Shown: positions 38,051 through 47,679, counted from the stretch's first letter. The stretch: 51,690 bases of DNA from Deltaproteobacteria bacterium (GCA_034670305.1 JAXMNT010000056.1:1-51690), one strand, 5' to 3'. Made by a program: numbers and translations. The notes: generated by a model from the sequence alone, not told the origin.

Positions 38051-39496
38051 TCAGTACGGGTTCGAGCTGGTGAAGCCGGACATGCCGCCGCGCATCCGGG
38101 TGCGCATGGTGGCGGTCCGCATCGTGGAGGTGCGCATGGTGGAGGTGCGCATCGAGGTGCGCATGGAAGGGGGCGGCGTCGGGATCCGGGACAACGTCAG
38201 GGTCTCGCGCCGGTTCTCGGCGAAGTTCAGCTGTTCGCGCGCGGTTTCGTAGCCATCCAGCGTCGCGCTGAGCACGTGGGGTCCGGTGCTCTGCTCGACT
38301 TCGCGGTCCAGCGGGTTCGGCACCGGCTGACCATCGAGGAGGAGGGCGGCGCCGCGGGGCACCGTCGAGACCTGCAGGCGGACCATCACAGGCGCCGCGG
38401 CCGCTTCGGCTGCTGCGGCTGCTTCGGCTGCCGCGGCTGCTTCGGCTGCTGCGGCTGCTTCGGCCGCTGCGGTTGCTGCGGCGGCTTCGGTCGCTGCTGC
38501 GGCTTGGGCAGCCGCCAGCTCCGCCCCGCTCGGGTTGGCCAGCTCTGCCGCTGCGGCCAGCTCAGCCGGGGTCGGCTCGGCCTCCTGCGAGGACTCAGAC
38601 GACGTGGGTTCGGACTCGACCCTCTCCGGCGTGTCGGAGTCGGTGCCCATCACGAACATGGCCACCAGAAGAACCACACCCACCACCAACGACCCGACCA
38701 CGATGAGCGCGGTCTTGTTGGAGCCGGCCCCGGGCAACATCGGCTCGTCCTCGTCGAAGACAACGGCCGGGGCAGGCACGGTGGCGTCGGGACTCATCGG
38801 TTTGCTGGCGGTGGCCGGTGCCGGCATCTGAGCCGCCTGCGCGGCGGGTGCGGCGGCCGGCGCCTCGCCCCAGGCCTCGGCGCCCCAGCTCGGACGGAAT
38901 CCACTCGCGAGCTCATCGGCCTCGACCGCACTCAAGCGCCCCTCAGACCAGGTCCGATCGTCTTCCGGTTCGGGCGCCTCTCGATCGGCGTCCGTGGACG
39001 GGCCCGCTTCGTCGGTGGAAGCGGGCGCAGCAACTGCTTGGTCTGCAGCGGCGGGCACCTCGGCTGCCGGTGCAACTTTGGCTGCAGCGTCCTCGGCTGC
39101 GGCTGCGCCCTCGGTGGCAGGTGCGGCTGCAGCGCCCTCGGCTGCAGCGTCCTTTTCTGCGCCCTCGGCTGCGTCCTCCTGGGGTGCGTCCTCTTGAGGA
39201 GGCGTGGCGGTCTCTGGCGCCTTGGCAGATGCGGCGGTCTCAGCGGGCGAAATCGCGGCCATGTCGGGCTGGGCTTGCGCAACCTCGGCCGGCTCGGACG
39301 GGTCCGCTGCGGGCTCGGTTGTCTCAGCCTTGGTCTCGGGTTCCGCGGCTGCGTTGCCTTCGCTCGCGGCGGTCTCGGCGCCGTTGGCGAGATCTTCCAA
39401 GTGATGGCCTGAGTCTTCGGGCGTCGCATCGAGCGCGTGCGGTCCGCTGTCCGACGTCGCGGGCGTCCCGTCCTTTTTGGCTGCTGCCTGCTCCAT
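38051..39496 (-). CDS. Single-pass membrane protein: Ala/Glu low-complexity regions, PEGA domain, Met-rich tail ending SNPY
   Basis: One TM; PEGA-like 'VSTVPRGAALLLDG...HVLSATLDGYE'; (SMRT/STMRT)n tail. Confidence 0.78.
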   Translation of the reverse strand: MEQAAAKKDGTPATSDSGPHALDATPEDSGHHLEDLANGAETAASEGNAAAEPETKAETTEPAADPSEPAEVAQAQPDMAAISPAETAASAKAPETATPPQEDAPQEDAAEGAEKDAAAEGAAAAPATEGAAAAEDAAAKVAPAAEVPAAADQAVAAPASTDEAGPSTDADREAPEPEDDRTWSEGRLSAVEADELASGFRPSWGAEAWGEAPAAAPAAQAAQMPAPATASKPMSPDATVPAPAVVFDEDEPMLPGAGSNKTALIVVGSLVVGVVLLVAMFVMGTDSDTPERVESEPTSSESSQEAEPTPAELAAAAELANPSGAELAAAQAAAATEAAAATAAAEAAAAAEAAAAAEAAAAAEAAAAPVMVRLQVSTVPRGAALLLDGQPVPNPLDREVEQSTGPHVLSATLDGYETAREQLNFAENRRETLTLSRIPTPPPSMRTSMRTSTMRTSTMRTATMRTRMRGGMSGFTSSNPY

Positions 39497-39684
39497 CCGC
39501 TTCGAGATTAACACCGCTCGGGGGGCGACACCAGCGAAGCGTTCGATCGGCGCAATGCGTTCATGCCCCTCCGGTACGGTCTGGGGCGCCCCGGTCTCCC
39601 CACAAAGCGTTTGTTGTCCGAGGGGGATGGGCGCATCCCCCTCCGGCCTGCGGGGCAAAGCCCCTCCCCCGCCGCATACAACCT

Positions 39685-39831
39685 CCTACGCGTCGCGCGG
39701 CGGAGCTGCGCCGCGTAGCACCGACCGATTCGCGGCCTCGCCGTCGCGAAACACACGGCGTCCACGACGCGGGCAAGGGCACGGGCAAGGGCAACGGCAA
39801 GGGAGCAGGTCGCTTTTCAGCGACCTGCTAG
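39685..39831 (-). mobile_element. Inverted copy of the left ~150-bp module of the CTAG element
   Basis: Near-identical reverse complement of 11445-11594 (a few substitutions and one 3-bp gap). Its CTAG supplies the TAG stop of the gene ending at 39828. Confidence 0.85.
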
Positions 39832-40280
39832 CGGGGGAAGAGTTCGTTCAGCCGGTCGTCCCACTCGTCGGCGACCAAACCCACCGTCTCCAGCAGATCC
39901 TCGAACTCTTCGTAGTCGAGCCCGCTCAGGCGGCGGTGGGCACGGAGGTAGAGCGCGTCGCGATCGCGATCGATCGCGAATGCGGCGTCGCTCGTGACCA
40001 GGAAGTTGAGCTCCAGCAGCCTTCGGTAGAACGATTCGCGGCCTTCTCGCGGCACTTCCATCATGCGAGAGAGCAGCAGCAAGATGCCGTGTTCTTCGAG
40101 GACGTTGACCCCGACGCGCGCCGAGCCACGCTCGAGTTCGGTGTACCCGTCTTCGTCGAGGGGCTGCACCTGAGCCTTGCCCGCCGCGCCGTACCGACGG
40201 AGGTAGTCGTTGACCATTTGCTTGGCGTCACGGTAGACCCGGCCGCTGAGGCGGTCTTCGTAGGTGGGACTATCGGTCAT
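39828..40280 (-). CDS. YbjN/CesT (type III chaperone-fold) family protein
   Basis: 150 aa, acidic; the pattern 'FYRRLLELNF....AFAID....L......LDYEEF' is typical of this fold. Confidence 0.7.
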   Translation of the reverse strand: MTDSPTYEDRLSGRVYRDAKQMVNDYLRRYGAAGKAQVQPLDEDGYTELERGSARVGVNVLEEHGILLLLSRMMEVPREGRESFYRRLLELNFLVTSDAAFAIDRDRDALYLRAHRRLSGLDYEEFEDLLETVGLVADEWDDRLNELFPR

Positions 40281-41892
40281 GCCAGAGTGGGGCGCCAGAG
40301 CGCGGGCCGACGGTAACACGCCGCATGCCCGGATCCAGGTCGAGAAACCGACGTGGCGAAGCGGAGCGCAGCGAAGCGAGGCACGTCACCGAGACGGGGT
40401 TTGGGGGCCGTGCCCCCAAGGAACACCGACGTGGCGAAGCGGAGCGCAGCGAAGCGAGGCACGTCACCGAGACGGGGTTTGGGGGCTGTGCCCCCAAGGA
40501 ACACCGACGTGGCGAAGCGGAGCGCAGCGAAGCGAGGCACGTCACCGAGACGGGGTTTGGCTCGCGGTGCTTCTCTGTGCTGGCGGGGTCGGCTGCGGCG
40601 GAGACGAGGCGACCGTTCCGGCCGCGACGGAACCCACCGAAGCCGAACTCCTGAGCCGCATCGAGGCTGGGGGACAGACGGGCTGCGAGGCCGCACTCCA
40701 GCTCGCCGATGGATCGGAGGCCGGCTACATCCGCGCGTACGAAGCGGCCCGTCTCGGTGCGGACACGCCCTGCGCCACGGCCGCCCGGGTGCGCCTCGGG
40801 GAACTCGAGGAACATCGGCCGCCGCTTGGCGCGCTGCTCGCCATCGACCGACGGCTCGGACTGGTGGTCCCGGAGTGCTTCGTGGAGACGTTGCGGGCGC
40901 ACGGCGGAGAACACGGTGCCCGCGTGGTGCTCGAGCTGCGGGGGGACTGCGAACCCACCACCGCGACCCTCGACGCGACCGGCGACCGACCACGGCGCTT
41001 CGTCGTGTCGAACCCTGGGCTGAGGCGCGGGGCGGCGCCGCGCACGTTGGAGGTGGGTTCCGGCGGGGCGCGCGGTCTCGCGTTCGAGACCGACGACGGA
41101 GCGGAGTCGTTCGTCGTGGAACTCGAACCTCGCGCCGAAGCACGGATGTTCCGGCTGGGCGAGCGCTGGTTGATCGACGTCGTGCCGGAACCCGAGATCG
41201 GGGAACAGGCCTCACGGGTCGAGGCGGTCATCGTTCTGGACCCCGGTCATGGGGGGGCGGAGATCGGCGGGTCGTTCGGCGACCTCGTGGAGTCGACCCT
41301 GGTGCTGGACATCGCGGTCCGAGTGCAGCGCCGACTGCGCGGACATCTTCCGCGCGCGACGGTGGTGCTCACCCGGACCGGCGACGACGCGCTCGGTCTC
41401 GATGAACGGACGGCCATGGCCAACTCGCTCGGCGCCGATCTGTTTCTCTCGCTGCACCTCAACGCGTCCGACGAACCCATCACCACGGGTGGTGTGACGA
41501 CCTTCGTGCTGGACGCCACCAACGACGAGTCCGCGCTGCGACTGGCGGCCCGGGAGAACGGCACCCGCGTGAACGAAGTCACGGGCATCCAGCGGCTCAT
41601 CGCGCGGCTCCACCGACGCGAGCAGGTGGGCAGCGCCCGCGAGTTCGCCGCGCTCCTCCATGAGCACACGCTCGAAGGCGGGCGTCGGGTGTTGCCGACC
41701 CTCGAGGACCGAGGGGTTCGCAGCGCGATGTTCTATGTGCTCGTTGGCGCGCGCATGCCCGCGGTGCTTCTCGAGGCGAGCTTCCTGAGCAAACCGGAAG
41801 AAGCCGCCGCGCTGCGCACGGTCGAATACCGGGACGCGCTCGCAGACGGAATCGCCGAAGGCATCGTTCGCTACCTGAGCCGCGACCAGTAG
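40264..41892 (+). CDS. N-acetylmuramoyl-L-alanine amidase (Amidase_3, AmiC-like) lipoprotein
   Basis: 'VLDPGHGG', 'LTR..D...L.ERT..AN', 'SLHLNA', 'MPAVLLE..FL'; lipobox 'GVGC'. Start uncertain (possible GTG at 40567). Confidence 0.88.
   Translation: MGLSVMPEWGARARADGNTPHARIQVEKPTWRSGAQRSEARHRDGVWGPCPQGTPTWRSGAQRSEARHRDGVWGLCPQGTPTWRSGAQRSEARHRDGVWLAVLLCAGGVGCGGDEATVPAATEPTEAELLSRIEAGGQTGCEAALQLADGSEAGYIRAYEAARLGADTPCATAARVRLGELEEHRPPLGALLAIDRRLGLVVPECFVETLRAHGGEHGARVVLELRGDCEPTTATLDATGDRPRRFVVSNPGLRRGAAPRTLEVGSGGARGLAFETDDGAESFVVELEPRAEARMFRLGERWLIDVVPEPEIGEQASRVEAVIVLDPGHGGAEIGGSFGDLVESTLVLDIAVRVQRRLRGHLPRATVVLTRTGDDALGLDERTAMANSLGADLFLSLHLNASDEPITTGGVTTFVLDATNDESALRLAARENGTRVNEVTGIQRLIARLHRREQVGSAREFAALLHEHTLEGGRRVLPTLEDRGVRSAMFYVLVGARMPAVLLEASFLSKPEEAAALRTVEYRDALADGIAEGIVRYLSRDQ
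40347..40560. repeat. 78-bp REP-like tandem repeat, about 2.7 copies
   Basis: Units start at 40347, 40425 and 40503. Each has GACGTG...CACGTC; the two full units also have TTGGGGG-N5-CCCCCAA. Confidence 0.9.
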
Positions 41893-41904
41893 CGCGAAGC
41901 GCTG

Positions 41905-42266
41905 CGCCCGCGCCCGCGCCCGTGCCCGTGCCCGTGCCCGTGCCCGTGCACCGTCTTCTCGGCGACCGCGAAGCCGAAGCCGACGCCGAAGCCGACGCCG
42001 ACGCCGAAGCCGACGCTGAAACCGACGCCGAAGCCGAAGCCGACGCCGACGCCGACGCCGACGCCGAAACCGACGCCGACGCCGAAACCGAAACCGAAAC
42101 CGAAACCGAAACCGAAACCGAAACCGACGCCGAAACCGACGCCGAAACCGACGCCGAAACCGACGCCGAAACCGAAACGGAAACCGAAACCGACGCCGAA
42201 ACCGACGCCGACGCTGAAACCGACGCCGACGCTGAAACCGACGCCGACGCCGAGTACGCCGAGGCC
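41905..42266. repeat. Hexamer tract E: (GCCCGT)n - (GCCGAC/GCCGAA/ACCGAA)n between convergent genes
   Basis: Visible tandem hexamers. Confidence 0.95.
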
Positions 42267-42267
42267 G

Positions 42268-43314
42268 CTACCGTCGTTGGCGGGCGGCGAGGACGCGGGC
42301 GACGCGGAGGTGTTCGCGGGTGCGTTCGGCGTGGGAGCCGTTCGGCTCGAGGGCGAGGTAGCGCTCGAAGTGCGGGATCGCTTCCCGGTAGGCTTGGCGC
42401 GAAGCCATCAAGCTGCCGAGCAACGTGTGCGCGATCGCGAACCTGGCGTCGAGTTCGATCGCCCGGGTGAGGGTGGCTTCCGCGGCGGTGGGGTCCTCAT
42501 TCGCGCGCTGCGCGAGCGCGAGCTCGGCCAAGAGCGCTGGGGTGGGTTCGCCGTGGGCTTCGATCGCCATCTCCATCGCTTGGACCGCTGCGCCCGGTTG
42601 GCCGGCGCGGCGCAGTCCGAGGCCAATGGCTTGCAGGGCGGCGGCGTCGCCGCGACTCAGCGGGAGCGCGCGACGCAGTTCGATGGCGGCTTGGTCGTCC
42701 TCGCCCAGTTGCAGCAAGAGCAGCCCCAAGTTGGCGCGGGCGACCCCATCTTCCGGTCGCAAACGCACGGCCCGGCGGTAGGCCTCGCGGGCCTGGCTCT
42801 GGCTGCCGGTCTCTTCGAGCGCCATCGCGAGGTTGAGCCAGGCTTCTCCGAAGTTCGTGTCCACCTCGACGGCACGCTGCAGGAGGGGAACCGCTTCGGC
42901 GGCGCGATCCACGTCGCGCAGGAGGAGCCCGAGGTTGTTCAGGGCCTGCGGAAAGTCCGCGTCGAGTTCGAGCGCCGCGCGGTACGCACGCTCTGCTCCC
43001 TGGTAGTCGTTGCCGAGTTCCAGGACGAGTCCCATGTCGAGTTGCGCCCGTGGGTCGGAGGGGTTCTCCGCGATCGCCGCCTCGAAGATCGCGAGGGCCT
43101 CGGCGGAGTCCCCGCGCGCGAGCGCCGCTTCGCCTCGTCGGACCTCGTCGGTGGCCGGATGCGCTTCGGGGGCCGCGGCCTCCGCCTCGTCCGGGAACAT
43201 GATGTCGTCTTCGCCCCCGCCGGTCTCTTCCTCGACCGGTTCGGTTCCGGACGGGCAGCCGCAGAGGGACACACAGACCACGAGCCACAGCCACCTAGAG
43301 ACGTTCTGCCGCAT
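42268..43314 (-). CDS. TPR-repeat lipoprotein
   Basis: Lipobox 'LCGC'; multiple TPRs ('ALNNLGLLL', 'AWLNLAMAL', 'ARANLGLLL'). Confidence 0.88.
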   Translation of the reverse strand: MRQNVSRWLWLVVCVSLCGCPSGTEPVEEETGGGEDDIMFPDEAEAAAPEAHPATDEVRRGEAALARGDSAEALAIFEAAIAENPSDPRAQLDMGLVLELGNDYQGAERAYRAALELDADFPQALNNLGLLLRDVDRAAEAVPLLQRAVEVDTNFGEAWLNLAMALEETGSQSQAREAYRRAVRLRPEDGVARANLGLLLLQLGEDDQAAIELRRALPLSRGDAAALQAIGLGLRRAGQPGAAVQAMEMAIEAHGEPTPALLAELALAQRANEDPTAAEATLTRAIELDARFAIAHTLLGSLMASRQAYREAIPHFERYLALEPNGSHAERTREHLRVARVLAARQRR

Positions 43315-43385
43315 GGCCGAAGGGTACACGCCGCGGGGCTGGAACGGACCGCCGACCCGGCCCCCCTTGGTCAAACGCCGCATTC

Positions 43386-43574
43386 TCATACGTGGATGGA
43401 CACCGTGTCGTGGGGTTCGGTGGGGGGCTGGTGCAGTTCGGCGAGGTCGGATCGAAACGCGATGAGAAGTGCCCCGCCGGCGAAGACGAGCGCAACCAGC
43501 ATCGCCAGGATCCAGAGATCGAGGGTGCGGCGTCCCTCGTCGGGACGCCACGGCATCTGTCGGTGTCCAGGCAT
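43386..43574 (-). CDS. Small single-TM hypothetical protein
   Basis: 62-codon ORF with one clean hydrophobic helix, co-oriented with its neighbours. Confidence 0.45.
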   Translation of the reverse strand: MPGHRQMPWRPDEGRRTLDLWILAMLVALVFAGGALLIAFRSDLAELHQPPTEPHDTVSIHV

Positions 43575-43644
43575 GGTCGTGGAGTAGACGTTCAGCGAGG
43601 CCAAACGCTTTCACCCGATTGAAAAGAGGTTCCGCCCGCGCGGA

Positions 43645-43901
43645 CCGAAGGGCACTGCGATTCCGAAGCCAGCACTGCGGTTCCGAAGCCAGCACTGCGG
43701 TTCCGAAGCCAGCACTGCGTTCCGAAGCCAGCACTGCGATTCCGAAGCCAGCACTACATTCCGAAGCCAGCACTGCGATTCCGAAGCCAGCACTGCGATT
43801 CCGAAGCCAGCACTGCGACTCCCGAAGCCAGCACTGCGACTCCCGAAGCCAGCACTGCGACTCCCGAAGCCAGCACTGCGACTCCCGAAGCCAGCACTGC
43901 G
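43645..43901. repeat. Minisatellite: 13 copies of ~20-bp AGCACTGCGATTCCGAAGCC
   Basis: GCACT cores at 43652 to 43894 with periods of 19-21 bp; no unique spacers. Confidence 0.95.
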
Positions 43902-43927
43902 CCCGGGCCTGTCCTCGGGGCGCCTGC

Positions 43928-46705
43928 TCAGTCCGCGTCGGCGTCGTCGAGTGCCTGCAGGCTGGTGCGCAGCGCAGCGCGCAATGCGTCGAGTCGACCG
44001 GCGTCCCGGATCTTCTGACCCGCTTCTCGCGCGTCCTGGACGTAGAACACGTCGGCGACCCGGTCGCCTTCGGTGTTGACCTTCGCGAGCGCGATCGACG
44101 CGCCCTGCGCGTGGAGGGTGTGGGCGATGCAATGCAGCACGCCGGGTCGGTCGCGGGTGAACACGTCGACCACGGTGAACTTGGCCGAGGCGTCGTTGTC
44201 GACGGTGACTTCGGTGACGACGTCGGGGCTGTGCCGGCGCGCCCAGCTCGGAATCGGGGGCAGCCGCCCGACGAGCTCCTCCGCGGACACTTCTCCACGA
44301 AGCCGCGCACCCAGATCCGCTTCGAACGCGGCGACCGCCCGTTCGTCGATTGGTTCGACCGGTGGTTCGCTGCCGACGCCGTGCCCGGAGCGTGCCACGC
44401 GCCGGACCAAGAACACGTCGAACGCCCGCTCGGTCCCGCCGTCGTCGTAGGTGTAAATCTGTGCGTCCACGACTGCGATGCGGTTGGCTGCGAACGCCGC
44501 GGAGACATCGGCCAAGAGTCCAGGTCGATCGTCGAGCCGAAGTACGAGCTCGGTCATCTCGGTGCTCGGTCCCGGACCTGTCTCGATCGCCAGCGCGCGA
44601 TCGCCGGCGTCCCGCACCACCCGCGCATGGCGCCGGATCGCATCGGCCGGATTCGCGAGCACGTAGCGGTCCGGCATCGCGTCGAGGAACGCTTCGAGCT
44701 CCGATTGGCCAAGGTCTCCGACAAACCCGACCCGCACCTCTTCCCGCAGCTGTGAGGCGCGACCGGTCGCGCTGGCCAAGGTCGGGGACGCGTGTGGACC
44801 GAGCTCGCCGGCGAGCCCGAGGTAGAGATCCTCCAACATGCGCGCCTTCCACGAGGTCATCGCGCCGGGGTTCGTCGTGGAGAGGACGGCCACCGTCAAC
44901 AGGTAGAGGTCGCGCATCCGCTCGAAGGAACCGACGCGCCCCGCGAGCTCGCGCAGCGTGACTGGGTCGCTCGTGTCGCGCCGCGTGGCCCAGTGATGAA
45001 AACGAGACTGCTCTTCGACGAGCCAGACCACGTGTTCGATATCGACCGTGGAGAGTCCGAGCCGCTCTGCGATCGGCCGGGCCATCGCCGCGCCGCGGGA
45101 CGGACGGTGCGCGCCATGCACCCGGCCCAAGATGTGAAGGAAGGTCGCGAGGAAGAGCGGCGTGCGGCGCGGTGCTTCGACCGCGAGCCGACCCGGGAGT
45201 GCGAGCAGCGGGACCCGTTCTCCTGCGGTCAACTCGCGCAGCCGGTCGACAGCCCGCACCGCGTGAATGTCGGCCGTGTACACGTGGTAGACATCGTGCG
45301 TCACCCGCCCGGTCAGCGGCTCCAGTTCGGGCAACATCGCGGTCGTCAGCCCGACCTGATGCAGCTCGCCGAGCAACGAACCGCGCGCGAGCGGGACCCG
45401 CGTCAAGCCGGCGAGCAGTTCCACGAACAGCTGTGTCGCTTCCTCCGACGCCCGCAGACGTTCGCGAAAGGACTCGTCCACGGCGATGCGCGCGATGGCG
45501 TCGCGGGCGAAGTGGTAGACCGGCAACTTCTTGCGCGCGACCTGTCGGTACAGACGCAGCGCGAGCGCCGGGTCTTCGGCGAGTCGGTCGGTGTCGACGA
45601 GCGTGATGTGTCCATCGAACACCGCCGTACCGTCGCCGAGATCTTTCATCGAAGCGCGCGTCTTGCGGCGCACCGGGCGGGCGCGCGCGAGCATGCGCTC
45701 CGCCGTCTGGCTCACGGTCCGCGCGTGCCGGTAGTACGCCTGCATGAACTGCTCGACGCCAAGCACGACGCCGTCGACGAAGCCGAGTTCGGTGGCGATC
45801 TCTTCTTGGTCGGCGAAGGTCATCCGATCCTGCTGCCGACCGGACTTGAGGTGCAGCAAGTTGCGCACCCGCCAGAGCATCTCCCGCGCCGCCTCGAGCT
45901 CGTCCACTTCGCGCGCGAGCAGTGCGCCGGTGCGTACGTAGTCGTCCGTCGAGCGCGCATCCCAGCGCGCCCGCGCGGCCCACTCGGCCACGTCGAGATC
46001 GCGAAGGCCGCCGCGGCCCTGCTTGACCTCAGGCTCGAGGAGGTAGAGCGACCCTCCGAACCGTTCGTGCCGCGCCTCGGTGTCCTTCTGCAGCGCGTCC
46101 AGGAAGTCGTTCAGATGCGGCTCGAACACCTGGCGGCGCGCGGCGCGTTCGAGGTCCCGCGCGATGCTGCGATCGCCGCCGACCGCACGCAGATCGATGA
46201 GCGTCGTCGCGGTGCGGATGTCCTCCCGAGCGAGTGCGAGCGTCTCGTCGACCCCGCGCACGGCGTGGCCGATGTCGAACCCGAGATCCCACAGCGGGTA
46301 GAGCAACCCCTCGGCGAGTGGCCCCACACGCGGGTCACTCGGGTCGTCGCAGAGGAAGAGCACGTCCACGTCGCTCTTGAGGCCGACGATGCCCCGCCCG
46401 TACCCGCCGACCGCGACCAGCGCGATCCGGCCCTTCGGGGTGCCACGGGCATCCCGCGCGGCCGCGTCCGCCGCACAGTAGAGGGCACCGAGCAGCCCAT
46501 CGAGCACCCGCGCAAAACGACGCGCCGCATCCACCCCGCGCTCTCCACGTCGGACCGCCCGTGCGAAATCTTCACGGTAGCGACAGAGGTACTCATCGCA
46601 GGTGCCTCCGAGATCCGGAGCAAGTCGACTGAGATCCACGCTTGGATGTTGATGCGCCCCGGGCACGAGCGCGGCAGTATTGACCGCCGACGGGCACGGT
46701 GCCAC
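43928..46705 (-). CDS. glnD: [Protein-PII] uridylyltransferase (GlnD family)
   Basis: 'AVGGYGRG...SDVD', 'LEPEVK...GGLRD', an HD-like region and two ACT domains ('DRPGLL', 'DRPGVL', 'DVFYV'). Start may be GTG 46639. Confidence 0.9.
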   Translation of the reverse strand: MAPCPSAVNTAALVPGAHQHPSVDLSRLAPDLGGTCDEYLCRYREDFARAVRRGERGVDAARRFARVLDGLLGALYCAADAAARDARGTPKGRIALVAVGGYGRGIVGLKSDVDVLFLCDDPSDPRVGPLAEGLLYPLWDLGFDIGHAVRGVDETLALAREDIRTATTLIDLRAVGGDRSIARDLERAARRQVFEPHLNDFLDALQKDTEARHERFGGSLYLLEPEVKQGRGGLRDLDVAEWAARARWDARSTDDYVRTGALLAREVDELEAAREMLWRVRNLLHLKSGRQQDRMTFADQEEIATELGFVDGVVLGVEQFMQAYYRHARTVSQTAERMLARARPVRRKTRASMKDLGDGTAVFDGHITLVDTDRLAEDPALALRLYRQVARKKLPVYHFARDAIARIAVDESFRERLRASEEATQLFVELLAGLTRVPLARGSLLGELHQVGLTTAMLPELEPLTGRVTHDVYHVYTADIHAVRAVDRLRELTAGERVPLLALPGRLAVEAPRRTPLFLATFLHILGRVHGAHRPSRGAAMARPIAERLGLSTVDIEHVVWLVEEQSRFHHWATRRDTSDPVTLRELAGRVGSFERMRDLYLLTVAVLSTTNPGAMTSWKARMLEDLYLGLAGELGPHASPTLASATGRASQLREEVRVGFVGDLGQSELEAFLDAMPDRYVLANPADAIRRHARVVRDAGDRALAIETGPGPSTEMTELVLRLDDRPGLLADVSAAFAANRIAVVDAQIYTYDDGGTERAFDVFLVRRVARSGHGVGSEPPVEPIDERAVAAFEADLGARLRGEVSAEELVGRLPPIPSWARRHSPDVVTEVTVDNDASAKFTVVDVFTRDRPGVLHCIAHTLHAQGASIALAKVNTEGDRVADVFYVQDAREAGQKIRDAGRLDALRAALRTSLQALDDADAD

Positions 46706-46786
46706 CGGCCCGGCTTCTTATATGGGGATTGTCGCTCCGCGGCTGGGCTCGACCTCCTCGTCGGATGCCTCCTGCGGGACCTTTCC

Positions 46787-47019
46787 GGCGTCGGGTTCGG
46801 CTTCGGCGTCGGCTTCGGCTTCGGCGTCGGCTTCGGCTTCGGGTACACGGATTCGGCTTCGGGTTCGGCTTCGGCTTCGGCTTCGGCTTCGGCGTCGGGC
46901 TTCGGCTTCGGCTTCGGCTTCGGATTCGGATTCGGCTTCGGCTTCGGCTTCGGCTTCGGGTTCGGCTTCGGTTCGGGTTCGGCTTCGGTTCGGCCAGCAC
47001 TCACGGGCACGGGCACGGG
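46787..47019. repeat. Hexamer tract F: (TTCGGC)n - (CACGGG)n
   Basis: Visible tandem hexamers between the rlmE stop and the glnD start. Confidence 0.95.
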
Positions 47020-47036
47020 GGGGCCTTGCGGTGTCC

Positions 47037-47624
47037 CTACGGCAGGTCCGCTTCCCGGCGTTCGAGTCCGACCAGGAACACTTCGAAGCTTTCTTTGCGG
47101 ACGGCTTCGGGACGGATCGTGCGCGACTTGCGGTAGGACTTCTTAACCGCTTCGCGTGCCTTCTCGATGTCCGGACCCTGGAAGATCTTGCCGACGAACA
47201 TGCCGCCGGGGACGCACATGGTGCGGCTGATGTCGAGCGCGCTCATGAAGAGTTCGAAGCTCCGCCACTGGTCGCCGCTGCGGGTGCCGCTGGTTTTCGG
47301 GGCCATGTCGCTGAGCACCACGTGGAAGGGGTCGAGTTCGTCGAGCGAGAGTTCGCGGGCGTCGCCGTGCCGAACGTCGACCTGGTTTGGAAACGACGCG
47401 TCCATCTCTTGCAGATCGATCGAGAGCACGTAGCCCCCCGGGCCCACCCGACCGGCTGCGTAGTGCGTCCAACTGCCCGGCGCCGCGCCGAGATCGAGCA
47501 CCCGCTGACCGCGGCGGATGAGCTGCACGCGGCGATCGATCTCTTCGAGCTTGTAGACGGAGCGCGCGAGATGCCCCTCGCGGCGCGCGCGTTTGGCAAA
47601 CGTATCTTGTCGTCGGCGGCCCAC
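47037..47624 (-). CDS. rlmE: 23S rRNA Um2552 2'-O-methyltransferase (RlmE/FtsJ)
   Basis: 'ARSVYKL.EI', 'DLGAAPGSW', 'VLSDMAP', 'VGKIF', 'S.E.F'. Confidence 0.92.
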   Translation of the reverse strand: MGRRRQDTFAKRARREGHLARSVYKLEEIDRRVQLIRRGQRVLDLGAAPGSWTHYAAGRVGPGGYVLSIDLQEMDASFPNQVDVRHGDARELSLDELDPFHVVLSDMAPKTSGTRSGDQWRSFELFMSALDISRTMCVPGGMFVGKIFQGPDIEKAREAVKKSYRKSRTIRPEAVRKESFEVFLVGLERREADLP

Positions 47625-47679
47625 GCGCGAAGGGTAGGCAGGATTGCCCAGCGCGCCACCGATTGTTCGGGATCCAACG

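Noticed and set aside
38400-38510. (GCTGCTGCGGCTGCTTCG)n as another DNA repeat element
   Set aside because: It is explained by the coding (AEAAAA)n linker of the PEGA protein.
40347-40560. Mini-CRISPR array
   Set aside because: The entire 78-bp unit is repeated almost identically, with no variable spacer.
43480-43510. 'AMLVAL' shared between the small TM ORF and the window-end ORF
   Set aside because: A short hydrophobic coincidence; the flanking sequence is unrelated.
43645-43901. CRISPR array
   Set aside because: The units are contiguous with no unique spacers, and no cas genes are present.
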